Origin: Scyliorhinus canicula | Taxonomy: Eukaryota | Length of the DNA stretch: 64,000 nucleotides | Assembly: GCF_902713615.1 (NCBI RefSeq) | Contig: NC_052151.1 | Coordinates: 83,813,073-83,877,072 of the forward strand | Reading direction: 5' to 3' | Shown here: piece by piece, positions 38,455-52,029 of the stretch | How the letters are laid out: the number at the start of each line of letters is the position of its first letter | Position numbering within the stretch: the stretch's first letter is position 1 | Translations under genes and position numbers: made by a program | The notes under the pieces: generated by a model | The model's input: only the letters and a program-made list of their open reading frames with translations | What the model was told of the DNA's origin: nothing | Databases searched by the model: none

Positions 38455-40501
38455 CACATTTGTGAGTCCTGCCCTAGTAATTTAAGTTTATAACGTATGC
38501 AACAGATTTAAGATTTTTTTTGCTTGCTATGTTTTTTTTTTTAGCTTACCATATTAGGATCATTATGGCCATCACTGGACTCCTCTGACAATTTTGCACT
38601 GTATTTTGGTTGTCGTGACCTTTTTATTTGAAATGAGTGGACTGACAACGCATTACATTCATTTCAGCTCTACACGTCTTTCGGTCCTGAAGTTTGTGAT
38701 TTGAGAAGGTGTAAGTCGTTCAATGTCACTTCTGTGAAATCTGGAAACAAATACTTGGTTTCCAGGAGCTTTCAATATGGAGTCGGGTGACCTCTGGGTT
38801 CCCATAAATTTGAGACCTCACCAGAGGCATGAGGGCCGTGAGACGACCTTCAGGACTGTGATTTCACAGCCCGCCTGCACTGGGACCCATTCAGCAGCCC
38901 TTTGAAAATCCCGGCCCATGTAGTGGAGTGGAGTGTAACGTGACTGTTTGTATGTCTGAAGCCCATCCTTCAGGCCAATCCACAGACCGATCAGCTTTCT
39001 GAAAGTCTCCTTTTTCTGCTTGTTTTAAATGACTTAGATGTGTTTGAACCACCTCAATCCAGTTACCCAGTAAGTATGTGCCCACATTTCAAAATTGTCT
39101 GTTCTGTGATAATAGACGCAATTCTCTGGTCGTGGGGATTAACTTTTCCCCTGGCAGAGCACCCCCGCCAGCGGTTTCAATGGGAAACCTCATTGACAAG
39201 CAGCAGGAGGATAGAATCTCACCGCCAGTAAACGCGCACCGCCAAGGAACACTCAGCTGAAGTACAGGGGCACCCAGCCTAATAGTATATTAATTTTATT
39301 TAGAATTGGACATGGGAAAAAAAGTCATTGGTATAATAATAGTAGTAGCGGCTACTGTCCTGAGGTTGAGCTGAGACAATTGTTCGGGCAGACAGATGAT
39401 AGAGAGCTTTGCTCTGCAACTGCTTCTCTCAAATTCGACTCAGAAATGCTTGTCGCTGGCATCAAGAGTAGAAAAGTTCTGCCCAGCAATGACATGATTT
39501 TCAGTACGCCCCTCCCAAAAGAGCTCTGGAAAAGTCTAAATGACTACATTGATCCCATACCCAGAACAGTCTTTGGCAAACTAAAATAAATAAAATGACA
39601 CATGGAGGTAATTAAAGATAAATTTTGTAATGTGCATATTCAGAGTTACTGGAATAAGAGTTATAAATACATTGAGAAAGTACTTTGAAGTATCCTTCAA
39701 ATTGTTGCCATCTAACTACAGGCTTCGCTGTGCATTCATTTTGCTGCTTCTCTTTCTTTATATTTCACTTGCTACATTTTCTGTTGGCCGGCAAACCGAG
39801 TTAGGTCATTGTTACTTGTGCTTCAGGAATTGAATCTGTCATTGTGCCTCACTACCTTACACATTAACAATGAAAGCCAGTTTGTCATAAATCGTGTCAA
39901 GGGTTAGCTACTGCAGTCGGTCACTTTGTACGACTTGTTTTTTTTAAACACTAGTAGCTCTCGCACTTGTCTTTGCCAAAATTTGAAATATATTTGAAAA
40001 AGGGAAATTTGCATTGGCTATGGGGAAGACCAAGTGGTGGAACTAGCTGGACAGCTGTTCTATAAATATCCGGCACAGGCAAAATGGGCTGAACGCCCTC
40101 CTCCTACGCTGTGTGATTGTAGCTTGGTAATATATTTCGGAGTACATTTTTATGCGCCAAATTGTGCCTTTCAGAATAAAGAAGTCTTCTCTAAGCCACC
40201 GTCAAGCCCCAAGTCATAAAGGCGGCAAAATCAATTATCACAATCTTTGCTGTATCGAAGGTGTTAAGATCCTGTTAGGGACCATCAATGTTCAAAGAGA
40301 AATCCAAACACCCCACAAGTAACTGGCACCATTACACCATAAGATTTCACATTTTTAAAACAAACTTTGAGAGGCAAACCGAGGAAAGACTATTAATTTT
40401 AACACAATAGTTTGCAAAATAATGATGTAATTAACTTTGTTCTACTTTTTAAACCTCCCGCCCAATCCGCCAAGAATTCCTTTGCATATTACAAGAACTT
40501 T

Positions 40502-40724
40502 TTTTTTTGAATTTAGAGTGCCCAATTCATTTTTTTCCAATTAAGGGGCAATTTAGCGTGACCAATCCACCTACCCTGCACATCTTTGGGTTGTGGGGCC
40601 GAAACCAACTCAAACATGGGGAGAATGTGTAAACTGCACACGGACAGTGACCCAGAGCCGGGATTGAACCTGGGACCTCGGCGCCATGAGGCAGCAGTGC
40701 TAACCACTACACCACCGTGTTGTC
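40502..40724 (-). mobile_element. V-SINE with type-C tail and poly(A)
   Basis: 17-bp TSD CATATTACAAGAACTTT (40485-40501, 40725-40741). Confidence 0.9.
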
Positions 40725-40889
40725 CATATTACAAGAACTTTGAAGGTCCATTCATTTCTGTAGGGACCAGCCTACAGGCTCAACCTCCAGAACTCACTGC
40801 TTTCTCCTCCGTGTTCCATCTGTTCTCCGAAGTATAAAATTTCATGTCGATCCTTCCATTAGCTTTTGGCTAAATGTGATAATCACCAC

Positions 40890-41115
40890 TGATATATATA
40901 GGATGTGTATATATAGGTGCTTTAAGGGAAGGCCCCTCTACTACAGGTATGGGGGTAGATCCCTGCCTGCTGGCTCCGCCCAGTAGGCGGAGTATAAGAA
41001 GTGTGCTCCCCGTACAGCAGCCATTTCGTCAGCTGCTGTAGGAGGCCACACCTCTCAGTGTAATAAAGCCTCGACTACATCCTACTCTCGTCTTTGTGTA
41101 ATTGATAGTGCATCA
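40890..41115 (+). mobile_element. Probable short solo LTR
   Basis: TGAT...ATCA ends, GC box, TATAAG and AATAAA in LTR order; the TSD is not clean. Confidence 0.55.
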
Positions 41116-42595
41116 CTAAGTAATCCTCCAAATGCTCCACAAAATCTATGGATTTCTCAGCTCAAACTTAGGCTTCACTGCATTATTGCTCAGGGATTTA
41201 AATAATCAGGAGTACCCCGGGTTCTTAATGGCCCTCTATGCTCCCACTGCTTCTGCACAGTTGCTGATCCCAGAGCTGATTCCCAGCTCCAGGCAGATGC
41301 TTTCACTCTGCCTGTTCCAAGCTGACTGCTTCCAAGCAAACTGCCTTCTGCCACAAAGAATAATGTCTGCTCTTCACCTGAAATCAATGATTATACAGTG
41401 ACCTCAGGAGTATCGTAAATCACATCAAAAGGGGTCATTTTTGAAGCAAAAATACAGATTGACTTACACACTGAACATAAAATCTGAACTGATGGTAATG
41501 GCGTAGGTGGCTGCCATTTTGAAATGTGAAAACATTTCTGTTTGTCAGTCGCCATACGCGCAGTCTGCTCTGTATGGGTAAACTCATGGGTAAACTTAAA
41601 CTCCCATGCATTTTTTTGGCAACACAGCGTGCTTGATTCCATGCAAGGCGAGTATAACACCAAACATGTATCTCGGAACTGAAATTGAGGCTGACTCCTT
41701 ATGCAAGTAGCCGTAAACGTGCATTTGTCAGCAGGAAAATGGGGAATCGACTTCTATCCTTGAGTGTAGGCCTAAACTTGCATTTTGATGTCCAAAATCA
41801 GGGGTTATCTTACATGCTGGGTTGACTTATATGTCGCAATCGACAACATTTGAAGTAACACATACATTCAGGAGGAGAAAAATTTAATCGCATTCATCTC
41901 TCTTTTCTGAATAGGACAGTTGAAATTTATTTAGCTGAAATTAATCTCCCAAGTCAATTATCGGGTACCATCAAACTCGTAATTGCTTTAGATTTCACAA
42001 TTCATAAATAATACCCGAGTAGTTTGTCAGCAACCACAATGGGACAATACCTTTCTGAATGATAAACAATTGGAATCAAATGACGCAGCAGCAACAACTA
42101 GCGGTCATGTACTAATTTGTTAAAGGATATAGATAATAATGATAAATATTGCTTGCTGTACTGGAATCTGTTAAGTTTAGACCATTGAAAAGCCCAGACT
42201 TTGGATTACTAAATCCTGAGGCCTACATTTTTGTTGGCAGCGAGGTACTGCAACGAAAGGAAGCTGATAAAAATATTGACAGTGATATGTTTCACATTTT
42301 CCATATTAGCCCTTTGTGTGCTAATTATTGTACATTTTCTAGTTTGTTTTTCCGCTTTCCTCCTTGTTCTTGGCACTGGGAGGTGGCTTGCTGTTCTCCT
42401 GGTTTTATTATCAACCAGTTGGACACAATCTCACTTCTGGCATATAATGAAACTAAATAATTCAAGCAGAAGTGGGAGAATTGATTTGGGAATTGGTTGC
42501 TCAGAATGGCTTTGGAATGTATCAATATAACAATGACTTAAATAAACTACCTCAGCTGCCTGTTAATGTGAGTATATTACAGCGCCGCCATAAGT

Positions 42596-42858
42596 TAATA
42601 ATATTTTATTGTCACAAGTAGGCTTACATTAACACTGTGAAAAGCCCCTCGTCGTCACACTAAGGTGCATGTTCGGGTACACTGAGGGAGAATTCAGAAT
42701 GTCCAAATTACCTAACAGCACGTCTTTCGGGACGTGTGGGAGGAAACCGGAGCATTCGAAGGAAACCCACGCAGACACAGGGAGAATGTGCAGACTCTGC
42801 ACAGACAGTGATTCAAGCTGGGAATCGAACCTGGGACCCTGGCGCTGTTAGGCAACAT
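42596..42858 (-). mobile_element. V-SINE with type-B tail
   Basis: Reverse complement of the V core plus ..CCTACTTGTGACAATAAA tail. Confidence 0.8.
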
Positions 42859-43040
42859 TTTTAAATTCTGTGCTGATAGCTCCCTGCACTGAGTAGTTTC
42901 GGCGAGCGGGGCTCCTCAGTGTGGGAAATGGGACAATTTTCCCGCTGAGGCCCGGTATCTAACCCGAGTCACATTAAATCACATTGTGTTTCTCGCCACT
43001 GCGAGTGCCGACAAACATGTGGCTAAATGCCCATGTTATG

Positions 43041-43372
43041 GGGGCGGCACGGTAACATTGTGGTTAGAACTGTTGCTTCACAGCTTCAGGGTCCCAGGTT
43101 CGATTCCCGACTTGAGTCACTGTGTGGAGTTTGCACGTTCTCCCCGTGTCTGCGTGGGTTTCCACCGGGTGCTCCGGTTTCCTCCCAAAGTCCAAAGATG
43201 TGCAGGTTAGGTGGATTGGCCAGGCTAAATTGCCCTTAGTGTCCAAAAAGGTTATGTGGGATTACTCGGTTACGGGGATAGGGTGGAGGTGCGGGCTTAA
43301 GTAGGGTGCTCTTTCCAAGGGCCGGTGCAGACTCAATGGGCCGAATGGCTTCCTGCACTGTAAATTCTATGA
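43041..43372 (+). mobile_element. V-SINE, CR1-type tail
   Basis: Complete head, core and GGGCCGAATGG..CTGCACTGTAAATTCTATG tail. Confidence 0.88.
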
Positions 43373-43986
43373 TTTAGTTAAATCGTGCCCAGTGCTACTG
43401 GTTCAGATAAAAGATTACAGTAATACTGTTACAAGGATCATTGATAGCCCAAATTAACAAAATCTGTGTCACATGGGGACAAATTCCTCTGGTCCTTTTG
43501 AATACATGCACTCCTACTTTCAGTATTTCTAATGAACCATAAATGCAACCAGAAAGCATTTAGAATTTTACTCAATGTACCAACAGAATACGTTTAAAGT
43601 GATATTAAAAATAGAAACCAAAGGAAGTCTTCCCTCATAATTGTAACAATGAAACTCAGTTCCGTAATTACAGTGACACAGCACTAACTGTCTAGCTTAA
43701 CATGGCTTTGTGGAAAAACTCTTTTTTGACAATATTAGCAAGTTAACAATCACTGGGTAACCTTTTGTCCTTAATTCTTGTGAATTAAGCACTACCTTTG
43801 CAGCATGGAGAGGAAAATCAGGCTGACGGGACCACAAGTCTAGTTTAATTAATGCAGATGATATTGTCTCACACTTTGGTCCGAGATCTTTTGCTTGTAC
43901 CCAAGTAAAAGTCCTTTAATTGCTTTGCGATACAAAAAAAAAATTGGTGACCAAAGGAAATGTTCACTTTGTAATTTAAATAACGT

Positions 43987-44792
43987 GGGCGCGATTTAAC
44001 GGCCTTGTTGCACCCGACATCGTGATGCGATGAGGCCGTTGAATCTCATGAGAAGTGTGATTCGCAAGATTCAACGGAATCTTGAGAGACATCGCGATCT
44101 GGAACTCGCCCTCACTGGGCAAAATCCAGATTAGCATATTTAAATGAGTCATGAGGCTTATTTAAATGTGTCTGCCGAATTCCTGGCACCTAACGGTCTC
44201 GGCTGAGAGATCTCGCCAGGATGCCGTGTCGCACTGAACCACACAAAAGGTCGACCAGGCATAACGGCACATGGGGGTGGTCGTCCAGGGGCATGAGAGA
44301 CTCCTGGGTGGGCAGGCTCTGGGCAGGCTCATACCCTGGCAATTTTGCTGGCACTGGGTCACCTTAGCACTGCCACTTGGGCACCCTGGCAGTGCTAACC
44401 TGACACTGCCAGGGTGCCTGGGTGGCACTGCCAAGTACCAGGTTGACCACGCCAGGGTAGTTCAGGCCTGTGGTGCCTTACCCATAAGAGGTGGGCTGAG
44501 GGGGGAATCGAGGACCCCATAAGAAGTAAGTTGGGTGCAGTAGGAGGGGTGGGGGTCGAAAGATCGAGGCGGCCTTTAAAAAGGTCACCCCGATCCGCGA
44601 GTGTGCTTCCTGGAAAGACTTGGAGACTCTGCAATCATGTAAGTGGGGCTTTGGTGGGGCGTTTTCTGCCGAGGCAAAATAAAAAGCAAAGTGCTGTTGC
44701 ACGGGGTCTTTCTCAGTGTTTTAGGCGCTGAGAAACATCCCGCTCAAGGTGCCCGAAATGAGACTCTGTTTTTGTCCCGTTGAATCGCGTCC
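43987..44792. mobile_element. PIF/Harbinger-like MITE (GGCACTGCC-repeat subfamily)
   Basis: TIRs GGGCGCGATTTAACGG / CCGTTGAATCGCGTCC; flanks CGT/CAT. Confidence 0.78.
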
Positions 44793-45643
44793 CATATATT
44801 TAATTTCAAGGTTTCTCGGGTTCAGATGTTTGCTGTAAACTGCATATGGTTTTGTTGTTTTGTAAAGTTTGTCATTCCCCTCTATCTGTTATTAGTATAA
44901 GTAACTTTACCTTGGTATTGAAGTCGACAAATTTGCCTGCACAAAGTCAATGATAGCAGAAACCAAATAGCATGAATGTTATTTGGAAATATTCACAAAT
45001 TACCTTCCGAATAAAGTGCCTTTTTATGGAGCAAAGAATGTGTTTTTGTTTCATTTTTATTTGATTTGTGTAGTGATTCAGTTATTCTTTTCTCCCATCT
45101 GCTGCTTATTATACTCTTGTTCTGCAGAAAATTGGCAGCCGGCAAAATAGCTTTGTATTGAAACATATTTAGAAATCATTACTGCACTTCCAGACAATTA
45201 GGAACTGGCATTTCTTATGTGTGGCTGAGATTTGTTGCACAGGCCTTTTTGTGAGAGCACTGAATCAGAATCCACTTCTTGTGCCGAGCAGTAGATAGCA
45301 TAGAATTAGCGGGACGGTGGTCAATCGAGTAAATCAATAAATTATGATAAAGAACCTTTTTTTAAAAGTGTGATAAATAGACAAGCTGTCTGGTTTATAA
45401 TATATATGTTTATGTGCCCATTAGGCGGAGGGGTTTGCTGGTGGTTTTGGGGTTGGAGGGGAGTGGGGGGGAGCGAGGGTGTTGAGGAGCCTCGACCATA
45501 CCACAGGGCAAATCCAGTTGGATATTTTGAGACTTTCAGAAAAATGAGACAGCAATAGAATTATACTGAAAATGTGGTTGGTGGAAACTCCTTCTGACAA
45601 TACAGAGCACTTACGAGTACATTATTGTTACCTTACGTAAGAT

Positions 45644-46257
45644 GGGCTGGATTCTCCAATAATGGGGCTATGTCCCCACGTCCGCGTAAAATTGGGCACG
45701 AATCACTCTTGACTTACCTGGAGAAAGTCCAGAGTGATTCTCCTACCTGGAGGAGGCTAGCAGGGTCCCAGAGCAGTCCTCGCAGCTCTGGCTACCGATA
45801 TGGGGCCCTGCACTTCCGGTTGGGGGTCTGCACATGCGCACGTGCATGCCCGCTGATCGGTGGCCCCCGATCGATAGCCTGGCCGTCCTGGAGGCCCCCC
45901 AGGTGAATGATCCCCCCCCCCACCAGGGCTGTCGCGGACTGAGTCCGCAGGCCCCCCCCCTCCACCAGGGCTGTCGCGGACTGAGTCCGCAGGCCCCATG
46001 TGAATGGCCACCAGGTGGACCAAGAGAGAACCACACCAGCGGGAACACGGCCAGCCGCACTTGGAGAATCGCCGCGGGGGCCTCTGTCAATGGTCCCTGA
46101 CCGGAACCGCATCGACCGCATGCGCCCGATTGTCGCCGATTCTCCGGGGACTGGAGAATCGCGGGAGCGCACCGGACCAATCCCGATTTGACGACCATCC
46201 CCCCTCCCACCCGGCGCCAAGGGCGATTTCGGCACGGAGGCTTGGAGAATCCCGCCC
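45644..46257. mobile_element. PIF/Harbinger-like MITE with an internal ~42-bp tandem duplication
   Basis: TIRs GGGCTGGATTCTCC / GGAGAATCCCGCCC; CCACCAGGGCTGTCGCGGACTGAGTCCGCAGGCCCC occurs twice (45920-45997). Confidence 0.8.
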
Positions 46258-46363
46258 CAGCTTTTTCTAGTAATTGAATCTAAATCTGCATGGTGATCAC
46301 GTTGTGGAACTGGGCACCATTAATTTAATTTACAAATATGAAATCTTGAAGTATTTGATTCAC

Positions 46364-46650
46364 AGCACAGTGGTTAATACTGTTGCTTCACAGTTACAGG
46401 GTCCCAGGTTTGATTCCCAACTTGGATCACTCTCTGTGCGGAGTCTACACGTTCTCCCCGTGTGTCTGCGTGGGTTTTCTCCGAGCGCTCCAAAGTGTCC
46501 AGAAAGATGTGCTGTTAGCTGAATTGACCATTCTGAATTCTCCCTCAGTGTACCCGAATAGGCGCCGGAATGTGGCGACGAGGGACTTTTCACAGTAACT
46601 TAATTGCAGTGTTAATGTAAGCCGACTTGTGACAATAAAGATTATTATTA
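46364..46650 (+). mobile_element. V-SINE with type-B tail
   Basis: Head, core and ..TTGTGACAATAAAGATTATTATTA. Confidence 0.82.
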
Positions 46651-46710
46651 TACAATATAAATAGTTGCATCATTTAAATGTTTAAATAACGCTATCTAAA
46701 GATAGTAAAT

Positions 46711-46968
46711 AGTCTGCATGTTCTCCCCGTGTCTGCGTGGGTTTCCTCCGGCTGCTCCGGTTTCCTCCCACAGTCCAAAGATGTGCAGGTTAGGTGGATT
46801 GGCCATGCTAAATTGCCCTTAGTGTCCAAAAAGGTTGGGTAGGGTTACTGGGTAACAGGGATAGAGTGATGGTGTGGGCTTGGGTAGTGAGCCCTTTCCA
46901 AGGGCCGGTGCAGACTCGATGGGCTGAATGGCCTCCTTCTGCACTGTAAATTCTATGATTCTATGATT
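46711..46968 (+). mobile_element. 5'-truncated V-SINE, CR1-type tail
   Basis: V core to the (TTCTATGA)n tail. Confidence 0.85.
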
Positions 46969-47149
46969 ATGCTCTGTACCCACCTCTGAATTTAAGTCTA
47001 AATCTAAGTCCGTTGGTTTGACAAATATAAAAACTCTGAATTGACTGACTCTACTGGAACAGCCGTGATGTGATGAGGCACGCACTCATTCATTTTATTT
47101 TTATGAAAATGTTATGATAGAAACCAGTGATTATTTCTCTTTGCAAAAG

Positions 47150-47810
47150 AACAGAAAACAGCAGATGCTGGGACTTGTTTTGATGAAAGGTCATCGACCT
47201 GAAACATTTGGTGGAACATTCTGATTTTGTGGCTCAGTGCCAACTCGGGCGGAAAAGCTGGGTGCAGCCCGCAGGCTCCACTGCCGGCTTTTCACGCCAT
47301 ATTTCTTGACTCTTAGTCGAAAACAAACCAGGAAGCGGGTCCCACAACGTTACCCCAGTGCCCGCCCCGCCAGAAATTTCGGCTCTCGAAAAATTGAGGC
47401 ACCTCTTTAAAAAGGGCACTGCCAGGGAAGTGTCTGAGCCATGCACGCACGTGACTCTCAATCCCTTGGGGGCTGCACTCACCTGTTCACCTCGGGCCAA
47501 TTCTGTTTGCACGTCATGGGGGACCTGTTATGATTCATGTCTGCGTGCCATCATGTGAATGGACAGTCCATTGTAGGGGGACAATCTGCATGTAAGTTAG
47601 ATGTAAATGGGGATTCCGAATTTTAAAGTCAGGATCCCTGTTACATCATTGGGACAATCGAGTGGAGAAATCGCACCGATGTAAAAGCCATTCGGGTCCA
47701 TCACTCGATTCTCTGCCGCCTCCGCCATTCTCCGCTCCCCAAAACGAGGATGGGAAATCCCCCCCGTTAATTCTGCTTCTCTTCACAGATATTTCCAGCA
47801 ATTTTTGTTT
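47150..47810 (+). mobile_element. Penelope-derived remnant with a degenerate hammerhead, split by an old MITE-like insert (about 47209-47764)
   Basis: TTGATGA-A-AGGTC-ATC-GACCT-GAAAC at 47180-47205; the sequence resumes as CGTTAATTCTGCTTCTC..ACAGATATTTCCAGCA at 47765. Confidence 0.5.
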
Positions 47811-49157
47811 TCTATTTAATTTCTCTTCGGTTGTGAAAGTGCCAATATTTAAATTGTCGATTTTCCCTGCAGAGCTTCAGGCCTTTCCCATCGGACTGAA
47901 ATGGGGGTTTGAGCCACACTGAACAGGGAACAGTAACTCATCTGTGATCTTCCCCGAATTGGACAATTAAGGCCAGAGGGTGACCTGGCTTGTCCAGTTA
48001 AGGCCAACAGAGGGCCTATAAAATGAGGGCTAGGGCATCCAAGATGGAAGCACCCTTCTCCGACTTTTAAAATCTTAAATAAAATATTTTTAAAAGACCT
48101 TAGCGATTGGCTTACCATTGTGGGAGGGGTAGGGTCACCACCCTCCACTGGGAAACCTGCAGCTGAAGCCAGGAAGGGAGGGACTGCCTCTAAAGTTCTG
48201 GTCTCCTGGTCTGCCGCAGGGAGGCCACCTCGAGGCAAATGCACTGTTCTCCACAGCCTGCCGGGGTCTGATGAGCAACTGGGATATTCCCAGCCTGGCA
48301 ATCGGCCTTGTGGCCATTAATTATCTGAAGTAGCCGTCCGCCGCTTGCCCCATCCCCATCCTGTCTCTGGAAATGGTTTGGGGCAGGATGGAGTTGAGGG
48401 ACTGGGATGGATGGCTGACGGGGTGAAATTTCCTGTCCAGTCACCTTCGTGTCCATCCCATTGAGGCCTAAAAATGCAGTCCCAGGAATTTCATAAATGT
48501 GGTGGTTATGCCTCCTGCGTATATTCCTCTGCCAACTCAGAACGATCTTGGACCAATCGTACAATTAAATATTTTGTTTAAGATTTCATTACACCAGCAA
48601 AGCCTTTCCTCATTGACCAAGAGGACAGACAAGTGCCCATTACACAGATCTTTGTCTTTGCTGTCTTGATGTGGCACACATTGACTGACCCCCAATAAAT
48701 CACTCCATTTTCCTTTTCTTCTTTCAGTTGCCCTTGAGAGCTTTGCTGTATCTGTGGATTGGTTATATAGGGGATCATAAAGTTAATTTGTGCCCTATCA
48801 ATTAATAGCAAATCAGGGAAGGACACTGCCACTGAATTGCCTACATTTTCCCTGCCCCATCCTAAAACAACGGGCTGGAATTTGGTGGAATATGGAGACT
48901 CAGTAAATCATTAGAAATGGTGGGCATGACCCGGATCCAGAGTTACCACACCCATTTCTGGCAGAAACCAATTTTGCCCGTCGGGAAAGGGGGCGGGCAT
49001 GATTTAGACAGGTGGGGAAACCCTAACGTAACTGACCATTTGAACTCAGTGATGAATTCAAACGGGCAACATTTTAGCAGTGGCAAAGCCCTTATCCCAT
49101 AATGTGAGAATCATGAATTTATTGAGACGACGTAAATGCTCATGAAGGGCGGATCAG

Positions 49158-49310
49158 GGGCGGGGTTCTCTGTTTAGCTGGCGCCTGGGGTTTCCCGACG
49201 GCGTGGGGCTGCCCCACAATGGTAAACCCCATTGATCAGCCGACGTAACGGAGAATCCCGGCAGCGGGTCGGTGCAGAAATGTGGCGCGGCGGGGCAGAG
49301 AATCCAGCCC
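49158..49310. mobile_element. Short MITE
   Basis: TIRs GGGCGGGGTTCTCTG / CAGAGAATCCAGCCC; flanks CAG/AAG; nested in an older degenerate element (about 48870-50060). Confidence 0.7.
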
Positions 49311-50225
49311 AAGGTCTGTAGAACTGTCAAGTTATGAAGTTATTTAAATCACCAGCCCTATTAAAAAAAAAAATTTAAAACTGCCTGTCTATGTCTGTGA
49401 GAGGTCGAAAAAAATCAGATCAATCAGTGCAATAGTTGTTTGTTAGCATTACCCCAAGGGCTATTATTAATTGTTGGCTCCTTTCTATAATTGTCCTAAC
49501 AGGGGGTTGTAAGTTCATAGTTAGATTGACAGCTCAAAGAGGTTGTTGAAGAATTAGATGTTTGTTTGAATAATGGATTAAGTATTAGAGGGCCTTTTAA
49601 GTTCTGAATGGGCTTTCATAAATGTATGCTTATTTTATAGTGAAAACTATAATAGATATTTAATGCTTTATTTTATTTCATCTCAGCCTGGCTCCTGAGG
49701 ACTCCTGATAACCATATGGTGGTTATTAGATGAGTTGATACGGAGGGTGTAAGGGCAAAGGGTGGTAGCTGAGGAGGCATGGGTTGGCAGTAAGTTGACT
49801 TTAAGTTTTCATGAAGGTCATAGGGTTGGGTGAGTGAGGAGGCATGAGTTAGCATGGATGCAGTATGGGGAGTGGGTGGAGGGTTGATGGGGTCTGATGG
49901 GCCAGGGCTAGGCAGCCCAATCATTAACATAACAACCAGGACAAAGTCCCAGAGAACCAAGGCAGGCCTTTTAAGCGGCCCGTCTTAGCACCCCTTCTTA
50001 TTGCTCCCGATCCGTATCCGGAGACGGCAGGTCTGACTTCATCCGTCCAGAGAGAAAATTATGCCACGCGGGGTACATTTTCCTGATGCAGGTGCGATGA
50101 ACTTGGAAATTCCCCAACTTAAGCGACCTGCCTCGGCTGCAAAGATCTGGACCAACATAACTTACAGTAAAAAAATTAGTTGGCAGGGAAAACACTACAG
50201 TTTACAATATCTACATCAATATCTT

Positions 50226-50961
50226 GGGTGCGATCTTCCAAAAAGGGAACAAAGTCCCCTCGTGAGCGCGTTTGGCCGCGTATGTCCTGCCACTTGCAGT
50301 GCTGAGAAATACATGGCTATTCAACACTACTCGTGTTGTATAAAGGGCCTAAAGGGGAAATGTGTGGCTGAGGCCACACAGAGCCCCGTTTTTTACAATG
50401 GGGAGCTCTGCTCGCCGGAACTGTCCGTTGTAGCGAGAAATCGGGATGCCATTTTTTAGTTACCGTCCCAATCTCCGAGACAGGCAAACCCCCCCCGATC
50501 TTCCCTCAGCCCGAACGCAACATGGGAGGGCCCCCCACCCAACACCCAAGGTGGGCAACCCCGGTTCAATCGTGCGTGTGCAAAAATGCCACCTTGGCAG
50601 TGCCAGGATGCACCCAGGTGGCACTGCCAGGGTGCCCAGGTGGCACGAGCAGTGCCAAGGTACCACGCTGCCCAAAGGGTATGCAGATGGGGGCCTCCGA
50701 TCTCCTTGGAGACCCCCACGAGTGCCATTCCGTCTGGTCCCCTTTGTGGGGAGTGCTAAACAGCGCACACCCGAGGTCCCCGAGGCCATGGGGCTGAATC
50801 CCAAAGCCTCGGGTACCTCAGGATTCTGCACATTTGCGTTCAATCTTGCGAGGCATTGCGAGCCAGGTGGATGCCGGGAGTGGGTTCTCCTGGCTTTCAC
50901 CTGCTACGTTACGCCACAGCGCGATGCTTTTCCGGCGCAACATGGTTGGAAGATCGCGCCC
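50226..50961. mobile_element. PIF/Harbinger-like MITE
   Basis: TIRs GGGTGCGATCTTCCAA / TTGGAAGATCGCGCCC; TSD CTT. Confidence 0.85.
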
Positions 50962-51377
50962 CTTATCTCACAATCATATATTGGTCCAGAGGTGATAATT
51001 TTGTTTTCTTTCTGTCCTTTATTCTTCCACGGTATGTGGGCGACACTAGCAAGGTCAGCATGTGTTGCCCATCCCTAATTGCTCTTGAGCTGTGCGGTTT
51101 GCTCAGTCATTTCAGAGGGGAAATAAGTGTCAATCACAATGTTGTGGGTCTGGAATCACATGTAGGCTGAACCAGGTAAGGATGGCAGATTGTCTTTCCT
51201 CCAAAGGATTCAGTAAACCAGATGGGATTTTACAATAATCAATGATAATCTCAATGTCACCGTTACTGAGATGAGCTCCAATTTCAGATTTATTAATTGA
51301 ATTCAAATTCTACCAGCTGCTGTGATGATGTTTCAACCTGTGTCACCAGAGCCTGGGCCTACTGGATTACTAGTTTT

Positions 51378-51725
51378 ATCATAGAATTTACAGTGCAGAA
51401 GGAGGCCACTTGGCCCATCGAGTCTGCACCGGCTCTTGGAAAGAGCACCCTACCCGAGGTCCACACCTCCACCCTATCCCCATAACCCAGTAACCCCACC
51501 CAACACTAAGGGCAATTCTGGACACTAAGGGCAATTTATCATGGCCAATCCACCCAACCTGCACATCTTTGGACTGTGGGAGGAAACCGGAGCACCCGGA
51601 GGAAACCCACGCACACACTGGGAGGATGTGCAGACTCCGCACAGACCAGTGACCCAAGCCGGAATCGAACCTGGGACCCTGGAGCTGTGAAGCAATTGTG
51701 CTATCCACAATGCTACCGTGCTGCC
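51378..51725 (-). mobile_element. V-SINE, CR1-type tail, inside an older repeat (about 51020-51750)
   Basis: Full-length reverse-strand copy; the host ..GGATTACTAGT|TCAGTGACATTACC.. continues across it. Confidence 0.88.
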
Positions 51726-52029
51726 GTTCAGTGACATTACCATTATGCCACCATCTCCCGTTGGCTGTTCTATTTTTCAAATTTTCAGGTAAACGTATAA
51801 AGTATAAAAATAAATCGCCCGAACTGTGTTTTTTGTAAGGATCATAAAATCGTAAAAACATAGGATTCAATAATACAGCAACGGGTTAGTTTTTTTTCAA
51901 GATGTCTCATTGAAGAACTCTTTCACGCCCGGGTACAAGCACACCTGCCTAGCCCCATCCCACTCAAACTCAGACTGACACATATACACACAACTTTGAA
52001 TGCAGCAAGCCTCTACACATTTTGATTAT

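Noticed and set aside
39380-39589. 69-aa ORF with plausible composition
   Set aside because: Non-ATG start, no splice signals and no recognisable family.
41700-41850. Possible pogo/Tc2-type subterminal motifs (GGGTTGACTTATA)
   Set aside because: Too degenerate; no TIR pair or TA TSD could be located.
42149-42530. Hydrophobic membrane-like ORFs (also 60875-61060)
   Set aside because: Explained by T-rich composition; no family motif and only weak splice signals.
44330-44460. Short GGCACTGCC/GGCAGTGCC repeats with spacers (also 50590-50670), superficially CRISPR-like
   Set aside because: Units are too short and irregular, lie inside MITEs, have no cas genes nearby, and the context is eukaryotic.
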